Source of the DNA: Thermodesulfobacteriota bacterium | Lineage (GTDB): Bacteria > Desulfobacterota_D > UBA1144 | Assembly: GCA_036340075.1 (NCBI GenBank) | Contig: JAYYZJ010000005.1 | Location: 32,001 to 96,000, forward strand | Length of the DNA: 64,000 nt | Direction of reading: 5' to 3' | In this document: piece by piece, positions 10,366 through 21,012 of the stretch | Layout of the letters: each line of letters starts with the position of its first letter | How positions within the stretch are numbered: the stretch's first letter is position 1 | Notes under the pieces: generated by a model | What the model saw: the letters and a program-made list of their open reading frames with translations, nothing else | Database searches by the model: none | What the model was told of the DNA's origin: nothing | Program-made: the position numbers and the translations under genes

Positions 10366-12433
10366 GTGCTTCTTTTCTGCTTAATCTTATCTTCCCATCT
10401 CTTTCTTTGGATAAGCACTTTACTAGCACTTCATCTCCTTCTTTAAGAACATCGGAAACTGTTTTTACCCTTTCTTTTGCAAGTTCTGAAATGTGAATTA
10501 GACCATCAAGAGTTGGACTTAGTCCAACTATTGCTCCAAAGTCTAATATTCTTTTAACTTTTCCTATGTAATACTCTCCAGCATCAATATCTCTAACTAT
10601 GTAAGATATATCTTTTAGAGCTGATTTTGCATCTGACTCATTAACTGCTATCACATTAACCTGGCCTGAATCATCTATATCAATCTTTACATTATTGTCT
10701 TCTGTAAGTTTTTTTATGTTCTTTCCGCCGGAACCAATAATATCCTTAATTTTGCCTGGATCAACATGAATTGTTGTTATCCTAGGTGCATAAGGTGAGA
10801 TATTTTCTTTTTTGTCACTTATTGTTTTTGCCATTTCCGATAAAATATGTAGTCTTCCTTGCTTTGCTTGCTCAAGAGCCTCTTGTAGTAATTCTTTACT
10901 AATTCCTTGGATTTTGATATCCATTTGCAAAGCAGTAATTCCTTCTGATGTTCCACATACTTTAAAGTCCATGTCGCCAAGATGATCTTCGTCTCCTAAA
11001 ATATCTGAAAGAATTAAATGATTTGCATCTTCTTTGATAAGACCCATTGCTATACCAGCAACGGGAGCTTTTACCGGGACACCTGCGTCCATCAAGGATA
11101 AAGAAGATCCACAAACAGTAGCCATTGATGAAGAACCATTGGATTCTAATATATCTGAAACTAGTCTTACAGTATATGGAAATTCTTCCGAACTAGGCAT
11201 AACTCCCATTACAGCTCTTCTAGCTAACTCCCCATGACCTATTTCTCTTCTCCCAGTTCCTAGCCTATTTGAGACCTCGCCAACACTAAAAGGTGGAAAA
11301 TTGTAATGTAGCATAAAGGTTCTTCTTTCTTCGCCTTGTAAAGTATCAAGTCGTTGTTGATCATCTTTTGAACCAAGCGTACATGCTACCAATGCTTGAG
11401 TTTCCCCCCTGGTAAAAACTGCGGATCCATGTGCTCTATGAAGAACGCTAATTTCAGTTGATATATCTCTAATATCTGTAAAAGATCTGCCATCAATTCT
11501 AATTTTTTCACTTACCATCATATCCCTAACTGCAGTTTTTTTATAATTATCAAATATATTTTTAAATTCTTTTTCATTAAAATTTTCGTCTTCTGAAATT
11601 TTATTTAAGGTGTTGGTATATAAATTCGAAATAGAAGTATTTCGATCTTGCTTTGATTTGATTCTAATAGAGTTTTGCATCTCTTCTGCAATTAATCCTT
11701 CTACTTTTTCAACAACTTGAGGGTTTAAATCCTTTTCAGGGACAACTCTTTTTTCTACACTATCAGAAATTAACTTAATTTGAAGATCGATTATTTCTTT
11801 AATATGAGAATGTCCGAACATTAAGGCATCTATAATCTCATCTTCTGGCACAGTATCTGCTTCTCCTTCGACCATAAGTATCGCATCCTTACTGCCGGCT
11901 ATTATAAAATTTAAATCTGATTCCTGTATCTGTTCATAAGTAGGATTACAAATAAGTTCATTATTTACTCTTGCTACTCTTACTCCACCTAATGGTCCAT
12001 CAAAAGGTATATTGGAAACTGTTAATGCAGCAGATGCTGCTGTTATAGCAAGTACATCTGGTGGATTCTCAGAATCAGCTGAATAAACTGAAATAATGAC
12101 CTGTGTTGGATAATTATAATTCTTTGGGAACATAGGTCTTAATGGCCTATCAATTAATCGAGAAATCAATGTTTCGAATTCAGTGGGTCTTCCTTCTCTC
12201 TTAAAATATCCTCCTGGTATTCTTCCAGAAGAAAAAGCTTTCTCTTGGTAGTTTACAGTTAGTGGTAAAAAATTGTCGTCTACTGGCTCCGAAGAACTTA
12301 CAACTGTAGCAAGAACTTGTGTCTCTCCAATTTGAGCAAGAACAGAACCATCTGCTTGTTTCGCTAACTTTCCTGTTTCTAAAGTATAAGTCTTGTTAGC
12401 TATTACTTCATTTATGTTTTTATATGAACTCAT
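10334..12433 (-). CDS. pnp: Polyribonucleotide nucleotidyltransferase (PNPase)
   Basis: SRLIDRPLRP, RREIGHG, SNGSSSMA, DHLGDMDFKV, then KH and S1 domains. Confidence 0.97.
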   Translation of the reverse strand: MSSYKNINEVIANKTYTLETGKLAKQADGSVLAQIGETQVLATVVSSSEPVDDNFLPLTVNYQEKAFSSGRIPGGYFKREGRPTEFETLISRLIDRPLRPMFPKNYNYPTQVIISVYSADSENPPDVLAITAASAALTVSNIPFDGPLGGVRVARVNNELICNPTYEQIQESDLNFIIAGSKDAILMVEGEADTVPEDEIIDALMFGHSHIKEIIDLQIKLISDSVEKRVVPEKDLNPQVVEKVEGLIAEEMQNSIRIKSKQDRNTSISNLYTNTLNKISEDENFNEKEFKNIFDNYKKTAVRDMMVSEKIRIDGRSFTDIRDISTEISVLHRAHGSAVFTRGETQALVACTLGSKDDQQRLDTLQGEERRTFMLHYNFPPFSVGEVSNRLGTGRREIGHGELARRAVMGVMPSSEEFPYTVRLVSDILESNGSSSMATVCGSSLSLMDAGVPVKAPVAGIAMGLIKEDANHLILSDILGDEDHLGDMDFKVCGTSEGITALQMDIKIQGISKELLQEALEQAKQGRLHILSEMAKTISDKKENISPYAPRITTIHVDPGKIKDIIGSGGKNIKKLTEDNNVKIDIDDSGQVNVIAVNESDAKSALKDISYIVRDIDAGEYYIGKVKRILDFGAIVGLSPTLDGLIHISELAKERVKTVSDVLKEGDEVLVKCLSKERDGKIRLSRKEALDKNIEDFRE

Positions 12434-12438
12434 CGAAA

Positions 12439-12699
12439 CTATTTTCTCAAGCCATGCTTAGAAAGAATCTCGACATACTGATTATTGTCTTTTCTTTTTA
12501 TGTATTTTAACAATTTCCTTCTTCTTTCGATCGCCAACAACAAACCTCTTCGTGAGGATGTGTCTTTTTTAAAAGTCTGGACATGCTTAGTGAGTAATTC
12601 TATTTTTTTTGACAAAATGGCAATTTGAACCTTAGTTGAACCAACATCTTTTTCAGTGGATCCAAATTCACTAATTATTTCCTTCTTATTTAAACTCAA
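12439..12699 (-). CDS. rpsO: 30S ribosomal protein S15
   Basis: DVGSTKVQIA, KDTSSRRGL; TTG start 7 nt after GAGG; conserved truB-rpsO-pnp order. Confidence 0.93.
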   Translation of the reverse strand: MSLNKKEIISEFGSTEKDVGSTKVQIAILSKKIELLTKHVQTFKKDTSSRRGLLLAIERRRKLLKYIKRKDNNQYVEILSKHGLRK

Positions 12700-12753
12700 T
12701 CATAAACCTCTCTATTTTTAATAGCTTAATAATTAATCAATTATCTTTAAAAA

Positions 12754-13674
12754 TCAAGTACGATTCTCTTTTTGTAAAAACAGTTTCATTTTTGAAGATA
12801 CATACCTGCCTTCTTTATCAAATTCATTGTTAATTAAACCTACCGGGTATTGGTTAATAGTAAGCACCTTATTTAGGTCTTTTTTTGACTTTATGCTCAA
12901 TTTGTTAGATAAATTTATCAAGAAGTCTTTATCGATTTTCTTATGATTATTATGTTGTTTTAATCTTTCTAATAATTGAGAATTTATTTCAACTGTACTA
13001 AATATTTTATCAATATTAAAAAAATTAGCACAATTGTCTTTCATTAATGAGAAATAATTATTTGAATCATCAAGTTCGAATATACCGGTTGACAATCTTC
13101 TTAAATTAGCAACGGTGGCACCTAAATCTAATCTATATCCTATATCTCTAATCAGTGCTCTAATATATGTTCCTTTTGAACAATCGACTTTTAGTTCAAA
13201 ACTATATTTTTTAATATTTAAAATAGTAATGTCATATATAGTAGATGCTCTTTCAGGTAATTTTATTTCTCTACCACTCCTTGCATACTTATATGAAGGT
13301 GTTCCTTTTACTTTAATTGCTGAATAGCTAGGTGGAACATATAAATACTCTCCTAGAAAAGAAGCTACTGTATTTTGTAGTTGCTTTGTTTTAAGGGCTC
13401 TTACTTTGTTTGTCTTTATAATTTTTCCTGAAATGTCTAAAGTTTCTGTTTCTATACCAATAATTGCTTTAACTCTGTATGTTTTTCTATCTTCATCTAT
13501 GAATGGTATCAGCTTTGTAAGATTTCCTAAAAAAATTGGTACTACTCCTGTTGCAAGAGGATCGAGTGTGCCAGTATAGCCAGCTTTTTCAGCTCCAAAG
13601 TGTTTTTTAATCTTATTGGTTATATGAGATGTTGTCATCCCATAGGGTTTATCAATTAATAAAATTTTATCCAT
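12754..13674 (-). CDS. truB: tRNA pseudouridine(55) synthase
   Basis: IDKPYG, GTLDPLATG, PPSYSAIK, CSKGTYIRAL. Confidence 0.93.
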   Translation of the reverse strand: MDKILLIDKPYGMTTSHITNKIKKHFGAEKAGYTGTLDPLATGVVPIFLGNLTKLIPFIDEDRKTYRVKAIIGIETETLDISGKIIKTNKVRALKTKQLQNTVASFLGEYLYVPPSYSAIKVKGTPSYKYARSGREIKLPERASTIYDITILNIKKYSFELKVDCSKGTYIRALIRDIGYRLDLGATVANLRRLSTGIFELDDSNNYFSLMKDNCANFFNIDKIFSTVEINSQLLERLKQHNNHKKIDKDFLINLSNKLSIKSKKDLNKVLTINQYPVGLINNEFDKEGRYVSSKMKLFLQKENRT

Positions 13675-14686
13675 TTTTTAATTCATTAACAATTTTTTCC
13701 GTTAAAGCTTCTAGTTTTCCATTAAATGTAAAACCGGAGGCATTTTTGTGTCCGCCTCCTTCAAACTTTTGTGCAAAATCTGATAAATCTTTAAATCCAT
13801 TGGCTCGTAAACTAATTTTCCATTTATCATTATCAATCTCTCTTATGAATATCCCTATCTCTACATCTGAATAATTTAGTAGTGAATTTGCTATACCCTC
13901 AGAATCCTCTTTTGAAGTTGAGGTCTTATCATAAAAAGATCTGGTGCAATAACAAATTGCGGTTTTAAGTTGCTTATGAAATTCAAGAGTAGAATATATA
14001 GAAGATTTTAGCTCTAATCTTTTTATTTCGCCACTGTCATATACGTTATTGTTTATTAATTCTAAATCTCCTCCTCCGGATAATAATTTGGTGCAAACAT
14101 CAAAAGTTTCTACGTTAACATTAGAATTTCTAAATGATGAAGTATCAGTAATTATAGTTGCAAGAAGGGAAGTTGAAATTCTTGAATCAATAGCAACTTT
14201 AATTTCTTTTTGAAATTCCATAATTAATCTATGTACTAAAATACCAGTAGAAGATGCTTCGGAATCTATATATGTGCCTTGCGCATTATATATTTTATTG
14301 TTTTCATGGTGATCAATTACAATAATTGATAAGTCTTTATCCTTCATCTTAGAGTTAATATAAGTTTCCATTTCTTTTCCTGTTCGTTCTAAATCATTCA
14401 AATCTAAAAGAATAATTAAATCTAAATCCTTAGGGAGATTTTCAATAGAATTGTAAAATGGGATTTCTTCCGATTTTAGAAAAGATAAATAATGAGGGAT
14501 ATCATCTCGATTATATATACAACAAGCCTTAGATAAAATATATTTTAAGAAATAATACAACCCAAAAGAAGACCCTATAGCGTCACCATCGGGATTATAA
14601 TGAGATACTATTAATATCTTTTTATTCGAATCAATTATTTGTTTAATATCAAAAAGGTTAGATTTTTCAAAACTTCGAGAGTCCAT
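13667..14686 (-). CDS. nrnA: DHH/DHHA1 phosphoesterase (NrnA-type nanoRNase/pAp phosphatase)
   Basis: HYNPDGDAIGS, IDHH, GGGH. Confidence 0.88.
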   Translation of the reverse strand: MDSRSFEKSNLFDIKQIIDSNKKILIVSHYNPDGDAIGSSFGLYYFLKYILSKACCIYNRDDIPHYLSFLKSEEIPFYNSIENLPKDLDLIILLDLNDLERTGKEMETYINSKMKDKDLSIIVIDHHENNKIYNAQGTYIDSEASSTGILVHRLIMEFQKEIKVAIDSRISTSLLATIITDTSSFRNSNVNVETFDVCTKLLSGGGDLELINNNVYDSGEIKRLELKSSIYSTLEFHKQLKTAICYCTRSFYDKTSTSKEDSEGIANSLLNYSDVEIGIFIREIDNDKWKISLRANGFKDLSDFAQKFEGGGHKNASGFTFNGKLEALTEKIVNELKNG

Positions 14687-14694
14687 CTTCTTTA

Positions 14695-17247
14695 CTAGAT
14701 AGTTTGATTTATTTTATCAAAAGTATAAATTTCTATTGTATCTCCTTGTTTAATATCTTCTGTATTTTCAAACCCTATCCCACATTCAAATCCACTTGAA
14801 ACTTCTTTGACATCATCTTTGAATCTTTTTAATGATGTTATAGTAGTTTCAAAAACTATCTCCTCTTCCCTCTTTATTCTTATATTGTGTCCTCTTACAG
14901 CCTTACCGTCATTGACGAAACACCCGGCAATCTTTCCTTGTTTAGAAAGATTAAAGACTTCCCTAATCTCTGCATATCCAGTAATTTTTTCTTCTAGAAT
15001 TGGGTCAAGTAGACCTTCGAGTAATTCTTTTATCCTATCAAGGATTTCGTAAATTATTTTATATGTTTCACATCTAACTGATGATTTGTCTAATAATGCT
15101 TGAACTTTACTTTCCACTTTAGTTGAAAAACCAAGAATTATTGCTTGTGTAGATTCTGCTAGCATGAAATCAGATTCATTTATATTGCCGACTCCAGAAT
15201 GAACAATTTTTGCCTTACATCGATCTGATTCAAAATTAATTAGCGCAGATACTAGCGCATCAAGAGAACCCTGAGTATCAGATTTAACTACAACAGGTAG
15301 TTCTTTAATTTGATTAAGCTGTAAATCTGTATCGATAAAATCTAATCCAACAGTATGAGGTTTGTAGGATTTTTCTTCTTCAATTGCTGACAATCTATTT
15401 CTAATGACATCTTTAGCAACTTTATCATTCTTGACTATATTATATTGTAAGCCAGCTTCAGGAACACCATCTAATCCAAGTATTTCAACAGGATATGACG
15501 GACCAGATGATTTTAGTTGTTTTCCTTTGTCGTCAATTAAAGCGCGAATTTTTCCTGAATTCGTACCACAAAGAATTATGTCTCCTTTTTTAATTTCTCC
15601 TTCTTTGGGAATTAAAGTTGCAACTACTCCTCTACCTTTATCTAAGTAAGATTCTAGTATATAGCCTGAAGAAGGTACGATGGAATTCGCTTTTAATTCC
15701 ATAACATCGGCTTGTAGAACTATAATTTCTAACAAATCATTAATTCCTTTTCCATTAAGTGCCGATACTGGAACAAAAGGTACGTCACCACCCCAATCTT
15801 CTGGAGTAAGTCCTTGTTCAGACAATTGGCTCTTGATAGACTCAACATTTGAATCTTCTTTGTCAATTTTGTTAACAGCAACAATAATAGGAACACTTGC
15901 GGATTTTGCATGACTTATAGCTTCTATTGTTTGTGGCATAACCCCATCATCGGCCGCAACAACTAATATGATGATGTCAGTCAAACTTGCTCCACGAGAT
16001 CTCATTGCGGAAAAAGCAGCATGACCAGGAGTATCTATAAAGACTAAATCTTTACCATTAACATCTACGCTGTATCCTCCAATTGATTGTGTTATTCCAC
16101 CGTGTTCTTTATCAGCAACCTTAGACTTTCTTATATAATCAAGCAAGGAAGTCTTTCCATGATCGACATGACCCATAACTGTTATAATTGGTGGTATAGA
16201 TCTTATATCAGAGTCTTTACGGACAAAACCTTGCTCTAGAACTGTCTTTTCATTATACGAATCAACTTCTACATCATAATTAAATTCTGAAGCAATAATA
16301 GTCGCCTCATCTGAATCAATTTCATCTTTAGCAGTTAATTTTAAGCCCAGCTCTGATGCCTTGTTGATAACTTGATTAATTTTTAATTTTAATTTGCTTG
16401 CCAAAAGAGTGATAATAATTTTTTCTTGTATTTTAATTTTATTAATTTTAACTTTAGCTTTTGTATCTTTATCTTTTTCGATATCATTGCCTATTTCTTC
16501 TGTTGCTGCAGAATCTTTTTGATTCTTAGCTTTCTTTGCAAAATTATTTGATATTAAATATTCTTTTCTGCCTCCAGGAAGTTTTGCTCTTACTGCTTTT
16601 CTTAACACATCCATTGCATCTTCATCGATAATCTCTTCTTTGGATGGCTTAATTTGAACTTTCTTCTTCTCTACTGGTTTGCTTTTTTTAGTTTCTCTTT
16701 TCTTTTCTGCAACTGCTTCAGGAGGGAATTTTGGTTTTGGTTTTGCTTCTACCTCATTCTTTTTAAAAGGCTTATTAGTTTTTTCAGTTTTTTGTTTTCC
16801 TTGAGAAGGTGAATCCTTTTCTTTTGCTGGATCATAAACTCTTTTGCTCTCTCGCGAACTTGGTTTAACAGATTTTTGATTTTGCTTGGCTTGTGATTGA
16901 TTTGTCCTTTCTTTAGCTTTATTTTGATCTAAATCTTTTTCTTCGGAAGATACCACTTTTTCTATTTCTTGTTCTGGCTCTTTCTCTTTATCTTTAACAA
17001 TTGGTGCTTTCTTTCTTCTTATAGTTACTTTTGCACCTGTTCTCTTAACTATATCTCTTGGGGATTTCTGCGTTTTAATGTTTGTAGCATCTGGAAAGAA
17101 AGAATTCTTAATTCTTAAAACATCTTCATCTGTTACAGAGCTTGCTGAACTTCTCGCAACAATTGACAACTCTTTGCATTTAGACAGTAAATCTTTAATT
17201 TCTACTGAAATTTCTAAAGCTAAATCTTTTAATTTGGTTTTTCCCAT
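14695..17247 (-). CDS. infB: Translation initiation factor IF-2
   Basis: GHVDHGKT, DTPGH, NKID; charged N-terminal extension. Confidence 0.97.
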   Translation of the reverse strand: MGKTKLKDLALEISVEIKDLLSKCKELSIVARSSASSVTDEDVLRIKNSFFPDATNIKTQKSPRDIVKRTGAKVTIRRKKAPIVKDKEKEPEQEIEKVVSSEEKDLDQNKAKERTNQSQAKQNQKSVKPSSRESKRVYDPAKEKDSPSQGKQKTEKTNKPFKKNEVEAKPKPKFPPEAVAEKKRETKKSKPVEKKKVQIKPSKEEIIDEDAMDVLRKAVRAKLPGGRKEYLISNNFAKKAKNQKDSAATEEIGNDIEKDKDTKAKVKINKIKIQEKIIITLLASKLKLKINQVINKASELGLKLTAKDEIDSDEATIIASEFNYDVEVDSYNEKTVLEQGFVRKDSDIRSIPPIITVMGHVDHGKTSLLDYIRKSKVADKEHGGITQSIGGYSVDVNGKDLVFIDTPGHAAFSAMRSRGASLTDIIILVVAADDGVMPQTIEAISHAKSASVPIIVAVNKIDKEDSNVESIKSQLSEQGLTPEDWGGDVPFVPVSALNGKGINDLLEIIVLQADVMELKANSIVPSSGYILESYLDKGRGVVATLIPKEGEIKKGDIILCGTNSGKIRALIDDKGKQLKSSGPSYPVEILGLDGVPEAGLQYNIVKNDKVAKDVIRNRLSAIEEEKSYKPHTVGLDFIDTDLQLNQIKELPVVVKSDTQGSLDALVSALINFESDRCKAKIVHSGVGNINESDFMLAESTQAIILGFSTKVESKVQALLDKSSVRCETYKIIYEILDRIKELLEGLLDPILEEKITGYAEIREVFNLSKQGKIAGCFVNDGKAVRGHNIRIKREEEIVFETTITSLKRFKDDVKEVSSGFECGIGFENTEDIKQGDTIEIYTFDKINQTI

Positions 17248-17265
17248 ATTTCTTTAATTTACCCT

Positions 17266-18591
17266 TTATTTTTCCTTATTTTCTTCTAAAGAATCTTCTT
17301 CGCTCTCCTCTTCTTCAGATTCTTCGTCAACATTTATATTTCTTAATTTTTCTTGCAATGCAGTTCTTGCTGCTAATTGTATTTTTTCTACATCTTCGTC
17401 ACTAGATATTCCTGATGATTTTTTTACATCTTCAGCGTCTCCAAATGCTATATCCTCCAATGTATGAAAACCTCCAGCAAATAATAAATTAGCATTGACC
17501 TCGGATATGTTGGGAAGAGTTAGTAGTAATTTAACTACACTTTCTTGTTCTTCCTTAAGCTGTTCGTCGGTTTTGACTGTAATTTCCCATTCTATTAATT
17601 CGGAAGCCAATCTTACATTCTGTCCCTTCCTTCCTATTGTTAATGAAAACTGATCCTTGTCTACTATGACTTCCATTATTTTTGAACCTTCATCAAGGAT
17701 TACTTTTGTTACTTGAGCAGGAGATAAAGCATTACAGGCAAATTTGGCTATATCCGCAGACCATGGAACTATGTCTATCTTTTCTCCCTTAAGTTCTTGT
17801 ATTATGTTTTGAACTCTTGATCCTCTCATTCCTACACATGCTCCTACTGGATCAATGTCGGAGTCTGATGAAGATACCGCTATTTTTGTTCTTCCTCCGG
17901 GATCTCTAGAAATGCCCATAATTTGAACAATACCCTCATTTATTTCTGGGACTTCAGACCTAAATAAAGATTCTACAAAATCTTTATGAGCTCTTGAAAT
18001 TACTAGCTGGGTTCCCCTTTTGTCTTCTTCAATCTTGAGCAACACTGCTCTTAATCTGTCTTTTGGTTGAAAATATTCTCTAGGAACTTGTTCATCATAG
18101 GGAATAATGGCTTCTGTCCTTCCTATATCTACAACAATCGTGCCTCTCGAGATCCTTCTAACGATTCCATTAATCAATTCGCCTTGTCTGGTTCTAAATT
18201 CCTCATAAATAACTTTCGCTTCAGCTTCTTTTAGCTTCTGAATAATTTTTTGTCTGGCATTTTGAATAGCTATCCTCGTATAATCAGGACTTAATTTTAC
18301 TCCTATCTCTTCATCAATCTGAACCTCTGGATCAAATTTTCTTGCTTCTTCCAGTGAAATTTCCATGTCTTCGTCAAAAACATCGTCAACTACTTTTTTA
18401 AATTCAAAAAGTTCTAACTCGTTATATTCGTTAAATTGACATTCTAAATCCTTGTAAAGAGGATCTGTCTTTAATAATTTATGTGCAGCCGAGACTACTG
18501 ATTCGTTAACCGCTTCAAGAATGATTTCCTTATCTATTCCTTTATCTTTTGATACTGACTCTATTACTCTTGCTAATTCATCTAAACTCAT
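17266..18591 (-). CDS. nusA: Transcription termination/antitermination factor NusA
   Basis: S1 and KH domains, DPVGACVG, IGRKGQNVRLAS. Confidence 0.96.
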   Translation of the reverse strand: MSLDELARVIESVSKDKGIDKEIILEAVNESVVSAAHKLLKTDPLYKDLECQFNEYNELELFEFKKVVDDVFDEDMEISLEEARKFDPEVQIDEEIGVKLSPDYTRIAIQNARQKIIQKLKEAEAKVIYEEFRTRQGELINGIVRRISRGTIVVDIGRTEAIIPYDEQVPREYFQPKDRLRAVLLKIEEDKRGTQLVISRAHKDFVESLFRSEVPEINEGIVQIMGISRDPGGRTKIAVSSSDSDIDPVGACVGMRGSRVQNIIQELKGEKIDIVPWSADIAKFACNALSPAQVTKVILDEGSKIMEVIVDKDQFSLTIGRKGQNVRLASELIEWEITVKTDEQLKEEQESVVKLLLTLPNISEVNANLLFAGGFHTLEDIAFGDAEDVKKSSGISSDEDVEKIQLAARTALQEKLRNINVDEESEEEESEEDSLEENKEK

Positions 18592-18869
18592 CTACTCTCT
18601 CCTTCTTCTAATAATCTATTTGTTCCTGGAGAAGAAACTTCTAATATATAAGAAGATTCAAATAAATCGTCAAAACCGTCAATATTATTTATTACATTAT
18701 TAAATTTTACACAGTCATCAATATTCACTCCTTGATCTTTATCGATATAAACTATCAATTTTAAAGAAGAAGAACTTTTTGTAAGTTCAATATCAACTAA
18801 TCTGTATTCAGTGGTTTTGCACTGCCTTTCTAATATATCTAGCACCTTTGTTTTTAAATCCTCTGTCAT
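18588..18869 (-). CDS. rimP: Ribosome maturation factor RimP, N-terminal domain only (93 aa)
   Basis: IDKDQGVNIDDC and YILEVSSPG motifs; directly upstream of nusA with ATGA overlap. Confidence 0.9.
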   Translation of the reverse strand: MTEDLKTKVLDILERQCKTTEYRLVDIELTKSSSSLKLIVYIDKDQGVNIDDCVKFNNVINNIDGFDDLFESSYILEVSSPGTNRLLEEGESR

Positions 18870-18881
18870 TTCTTACCCTAA

Positions 18882-18912
18882 TAAAAAAAGAAGCGGGGCA
18901 TGCCCCGCTTCT
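18882..18912 (-). terminator. Intrinsic terminator hairpin in the rimP leader (probable attenuator)
   Basis: Perfect palindrome AGAAGCGGGGCATGCCCCGCTTCT (18889-18912) followed by a T-run on the minus strand, 13-20 nt before the rimP ATG. Confidence 0.85.
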
Positions 18913-18926
18913 CTAAATTTAAATTT

Positions 18927-18954
18927 ATTTTAACATTTCGTTTGGACTATTCAA
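18927..18954 (-). promoter_or_regulatory. Putative sigma70 promoter of the rimP-nusA-infB operon
   Basis: TTGAAT-N16-TAAAAT with an extended -10 TG, read on the minus strand. Confidence 0.55.
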
Positions 18955-20947
18955 TTGTATCAACAAATGAGAGCTCTATCTTCCTTAATTCCTTAATTCT
19001 ATCTCGCAATTTCGCTGCTTCTTCGAATCGTAGATTCTCTGATAGTACTTTCATTTCTTTCATTAATTTAGATATTTCCTTTCCTATTTTATGAGGTGGT
19101 ATGGTTATATTTTGTTGAAATTGCTTATCATGATAGTCAATTTCATATATTTGCGAAAGATTCGAATTAATGTCTTTATTGATGGATTTTGGGATAATAT
19201 TATTTTTTTCATTATAATCTAGTTGCATTCTTCTTCTCCTATTGGATTCGTCAATAGCTGAACTCATAGATTTAGTAATTTCTTCTGCATACATAATAAC
19301 TTTTCCATTAATATTTCTTGCTGCTCGACCAAATATTTGAATCAAAGAAGTTGATGACCTAAGATATCCTTCTTTGTCTGCATCAAGAATTGCAACGAGA
19401 GAAACCTCAGGTAAATCCAATCCTTCCCTAAGCAAATTTATCCCAACTAATACATCAAATTTATCACCTCTAAAATTTTTAATAATTTTAATTCTTTCTA
19501 GAGTTTTAATATCTGAATGCATATATTCTGTCCTTAATCCTTTATCTTTAAAATATGCTGTAAGCTCTTCCGCCATTTTTTTAGTCAAAGTAGTAACTAA
19601 TATTTTTTCTTCATTCTTTATTGTTTTGTTTATTTCATCAACTAAATTATCAACTTGATTTTTTGCTGATCGTACTTCTATCTCTGGATCAACTAATCCA
19701 GTAGGTCTAATTATTTGTTCTATTACATTTTTTGAAGACCTACTAGTCTCATATTTAGCAGGGGTAGCGGATACGTAAATTATTTGATTAATTTTTTTTT
19801 CGAATTCTTTAATATTCAAAGGTCTATTGTCTAATGCCGATGGTAGTCTAAATCCATGTTCAACAAGTGTTTGTTTTCTGCTTCTATCTCCTTCATACAT
19901 ACCTCTTATTTGCGGAACTGTTTGATGGCTTTCGTCAACTATCATAAGAAAATCATCAGGGAAATAATCTAGTAGTGTAAACGGTGGCTCGCCCTCTTTC
20001 CTTTGATCTAAATGTCTTGAATAGTTTTCTATTCCTGGACAAAACCCCATTATTTCCATTAATTCTATATCTTTCAGAGTCCTTTCCTCTATTCTTTTCA
20101 TTTCTTCTAATTTTCCATTTTTTTTAAAAAATCTTTTTTGTTTTTCTAGTTCTTTATTGATTGATTCAATAGCTTTTTCAGTTGTAAGTTTTTCTACAAC
20201 ATAGTGAGAACCCGGGAAAATAATCACCGAATCTATTTCTTTTATCATTTCTGATGTGTATGAATCAATCTCGTAAATTTTTGAGATAGTATCTCCATCA
20301 AATATGATTTTAAGTGCTTTATCATCTAAGTTGGCTGGTACAATGTCTACGTTATTCCCTATGGCTCTAAAGGTTCCTCGATTTAACTCGACTCTCGATC
20401 TAGCGTATTGAACTTCAGTTAATTTTTTTAATAAATCATCTCTTGAAATTTTCATTCCGACTTTGACTTTAGTAATCATTTCGTAATAATCCTTTGGCTT
20501 CCCAATTCCAAAAATACATGAAACACTTGAAACTATAATTACATCCCGTCTGTCAAAAAGTGAGCTTGTAGATGCATGCCTAAGCTGATCAATCTGTTCG
20601 TTAATCTTTGAATCTTTAGCTATATATGTATTGGTAGAAGGCACATATGCTTCAGGCTGGTAGTAATCATAATAGCTAACAAAATAATGAACTGCATTAT
20701 TAGGAAAAATTGTTTTGAATTCCTCAAAAAGTTGTGCAGCAAGCGTCTTGTTGTGAGCCATAATAAGAGTTGGTTTTTTTACTCTTTCTATTACATTAGC
20801 AATCGTAAATGTTTTTCCACTTCCAGTTACGCCTAATAATGTTTGTTCTTTGTTTCCGGAGAGTATATTGTCAGAAAGTTCAGTAATTGCATATGGTTGG
20901 TCCCCCTGTGGCTTATAATCTACATTAATCTTAAAAAGCGAAGACAT
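18947..20947 (-). CDS. uvrB: Excinuclease ABC subunit B
   Basis: GVTGSGKT, YYDYYQPEAY, DESH, LLREGLDLPEV, C-terminal UVR domain. Confidence 0.97.
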   Translation of the reverse strand: MSSLFKINVDYKPQGDQPYAITELSDNILSGNKEQTLLGVTGSGKTFTIANVIERVKKPTLIMAHNKTLAAQLFEEFKTIFPNNAVHYFVSYYDYYQPEAYVPSTNTYIAKDSKINEQIDQLRHASTSSLFDRRDVIIVSSVSCIFGIGKPKDYYEMITKVKVGMKISRDDLLKKLTEVQYARSRVELNRGTFRAIGNNVDIVPANLDDKALKIIFDGDTISKIYEIDSYTSEMIKEIDSVIIFPGSHYVVEKLTTEKAIESINKELEKQKRFFKKNGKLEEMKRIEERTLKDIELMEIMGFCPGIENYSRHLDQRKEGEPPFTLLDYFPDDFLMIVDESHQTVPQIRGMYEGDRSRKQTLVEHGFRLPSALDNRPLNIKEFEKKINQIIYVSATPAKYETSRSSKNVIEQIIRPTGLVDPEIEVRSAKNQVDNLVDEINKTIKNEEKILVTTLTKKMAEELTAYFKDKGLRTEYMHSDIKTLERIKIIKNFRGDKFDVLVGINLLREGLDLPEVSLVAILDADKEGYLRSSTSLIQIFGRAARNINGKVIMYAEEITKSMSSAIDESNRRRRMQLDYNEKNNIIPKSINKDINSNLSQIYEIDYHDKQFQQNITIPPHKIGKEISKLMKEMKVLSENLRFEEAAKLRDRIKELRKIELSFVDTIE

Positions 20948-21012
20948 ACTGTTATTTTAACGGATAATTACTGAATTGACTTTTTAAGTCCTTTTTGGTT
21001 TTCTTTCATATT

